Positions 63,540 to 64,000 of a stretch of 64,000 nucleotides of DNA are shown piece by piece. This DNA comes from a virus. The DNA lies in the IMG/VR virus record IMGVR_UViG_3300044838_000061, positions 10,483 to 74,482 of that record; one strand, written 5' to 3'. The position numbers were made by a program, and so were the translations under genes. The notes beneath the pieces are model-generated. The model did no database searches. It was not told where the DNA came from and worked only from the letters and a program-made list of their open reading frames with translations. Positions within the stretch are counted from its first letter, which is position 1. The number at the start of each line of letters is the position of its first letter.

Positions 63540-64000
63540 ACCGCGACCTCCAGTTCCTTCACGAGACCGAGCTTCACGAGGTCGACCTCACCGACGATCT
63601 TGCACTTACTTACCCTGAACTTGCCATCGGAGTTCGGAATCGCGGCGATGTCTCGTGCGCTGAACTCCGCAATGAGTATCCGGTAGCCCTCTCGCCAACC
63701 CCTGACACACCACGGCAGGGTCGCGAGGTTGATCCCGCGCCCGCAGTCGTTGTCCGCGTTCGTGTCGACGTCGGCTACCTCGTAGGTCTGTCCTCGCTCA
63801 TACTTGATCCCGCCGTAGTTCGGACCCTCTCCTTTCTCGTTGACGAGCTTGTATGCCCGGACCCTGCCGGGCTGCTCGGCGAGGATGAGTAGGTCGTTAC
63901 AACGCCACGGTTCGACACCCTTGGCGCCGCTGAGGTCGGCGCTGCTGAGGTTGGCGCTGCTGAGGTCGGCGTAGCTGAGGTCGGCGTTGCGGAGGTTGGC
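63536..64000 (-). CDS. Pentapeptide-repeat protein (5' end beyond the window)
   Basis: Hand translation ANLRNADLSYADLSSANLSSADLSGAKG...AYKLV...CGRGINL...DGKFRV. Confidence 0.85.
   Translation of the reverse strand, partial: ANLRNADLSYADLSSANLSSADLSGAKGVEPWRCNDLLILAEQPGRVRAYKLVNEKGEGPNYGGIKYERGQTYEVADVDTNADNDCGRGINLATLPWCVRGWREGYRILIAEFSARDIAAIPNSDGKFRVSKCKIVGEVDLVKLGLVKELEVAV

Noticed and set aside
63920-64000. 15-bp tandem DNA repeat
   Set aside because: Explained by pentapeptide-repeat coding.
1-64000. tRNA, tmRNA, reverse transcriptase/DGR, transposase
   Set aside because: No recognisable signatures were found by eye. A tRNAscan/Infernal run would be needed to exclude RNA genes formally.

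Overview
This 64 kb window is high-GC DNA from a temperate, long-tailed (siphovirus-like) phage. The host is probably actinobacterial (inferred from GC content, TANNNT-type -10 boxes and protein style). No host genes, tRNAs or CRISPR array were seen. Layout, mostly on the minus strand and read right to left: (1) replication/recombination genes (pentapeptide-repeat protein, DnaE, intein-containing RecA, Cas4-like nuclease, N4/N6 DNA methylase, putative UvsY-like protein); (2) a glycosyltransferase-methyltransferase-glycosyltransferase cassette, RuvC, terminase and a portal-MuF fusion; (3) a lysis cassette (GH25 muramidase with a lipoprotein signal, papain-like peptidase, holin-like proteins); (4) nucleotide-pool enzymes; (5) two divergent accessory operons around a non-coding control region at 28.4-29.2 kb, with back-to-back TTGACA-17-TAGGNT promoters and an array of TTCNTANGAA palindromes, carrying FtsK, RHH regulators, Xis and Int; (6) head and tail genes. 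The most notable item was missed by the ORF track. The distal-tail (Dit-like) gene runs off the left edge and carries a 424-aa class 3 (Ala1, W-C-T) intein holding both an AP2-like DNA-binding domain and a LAGLIDADG endonuclease. All protein calls are by motif recognition only; no database search was run.
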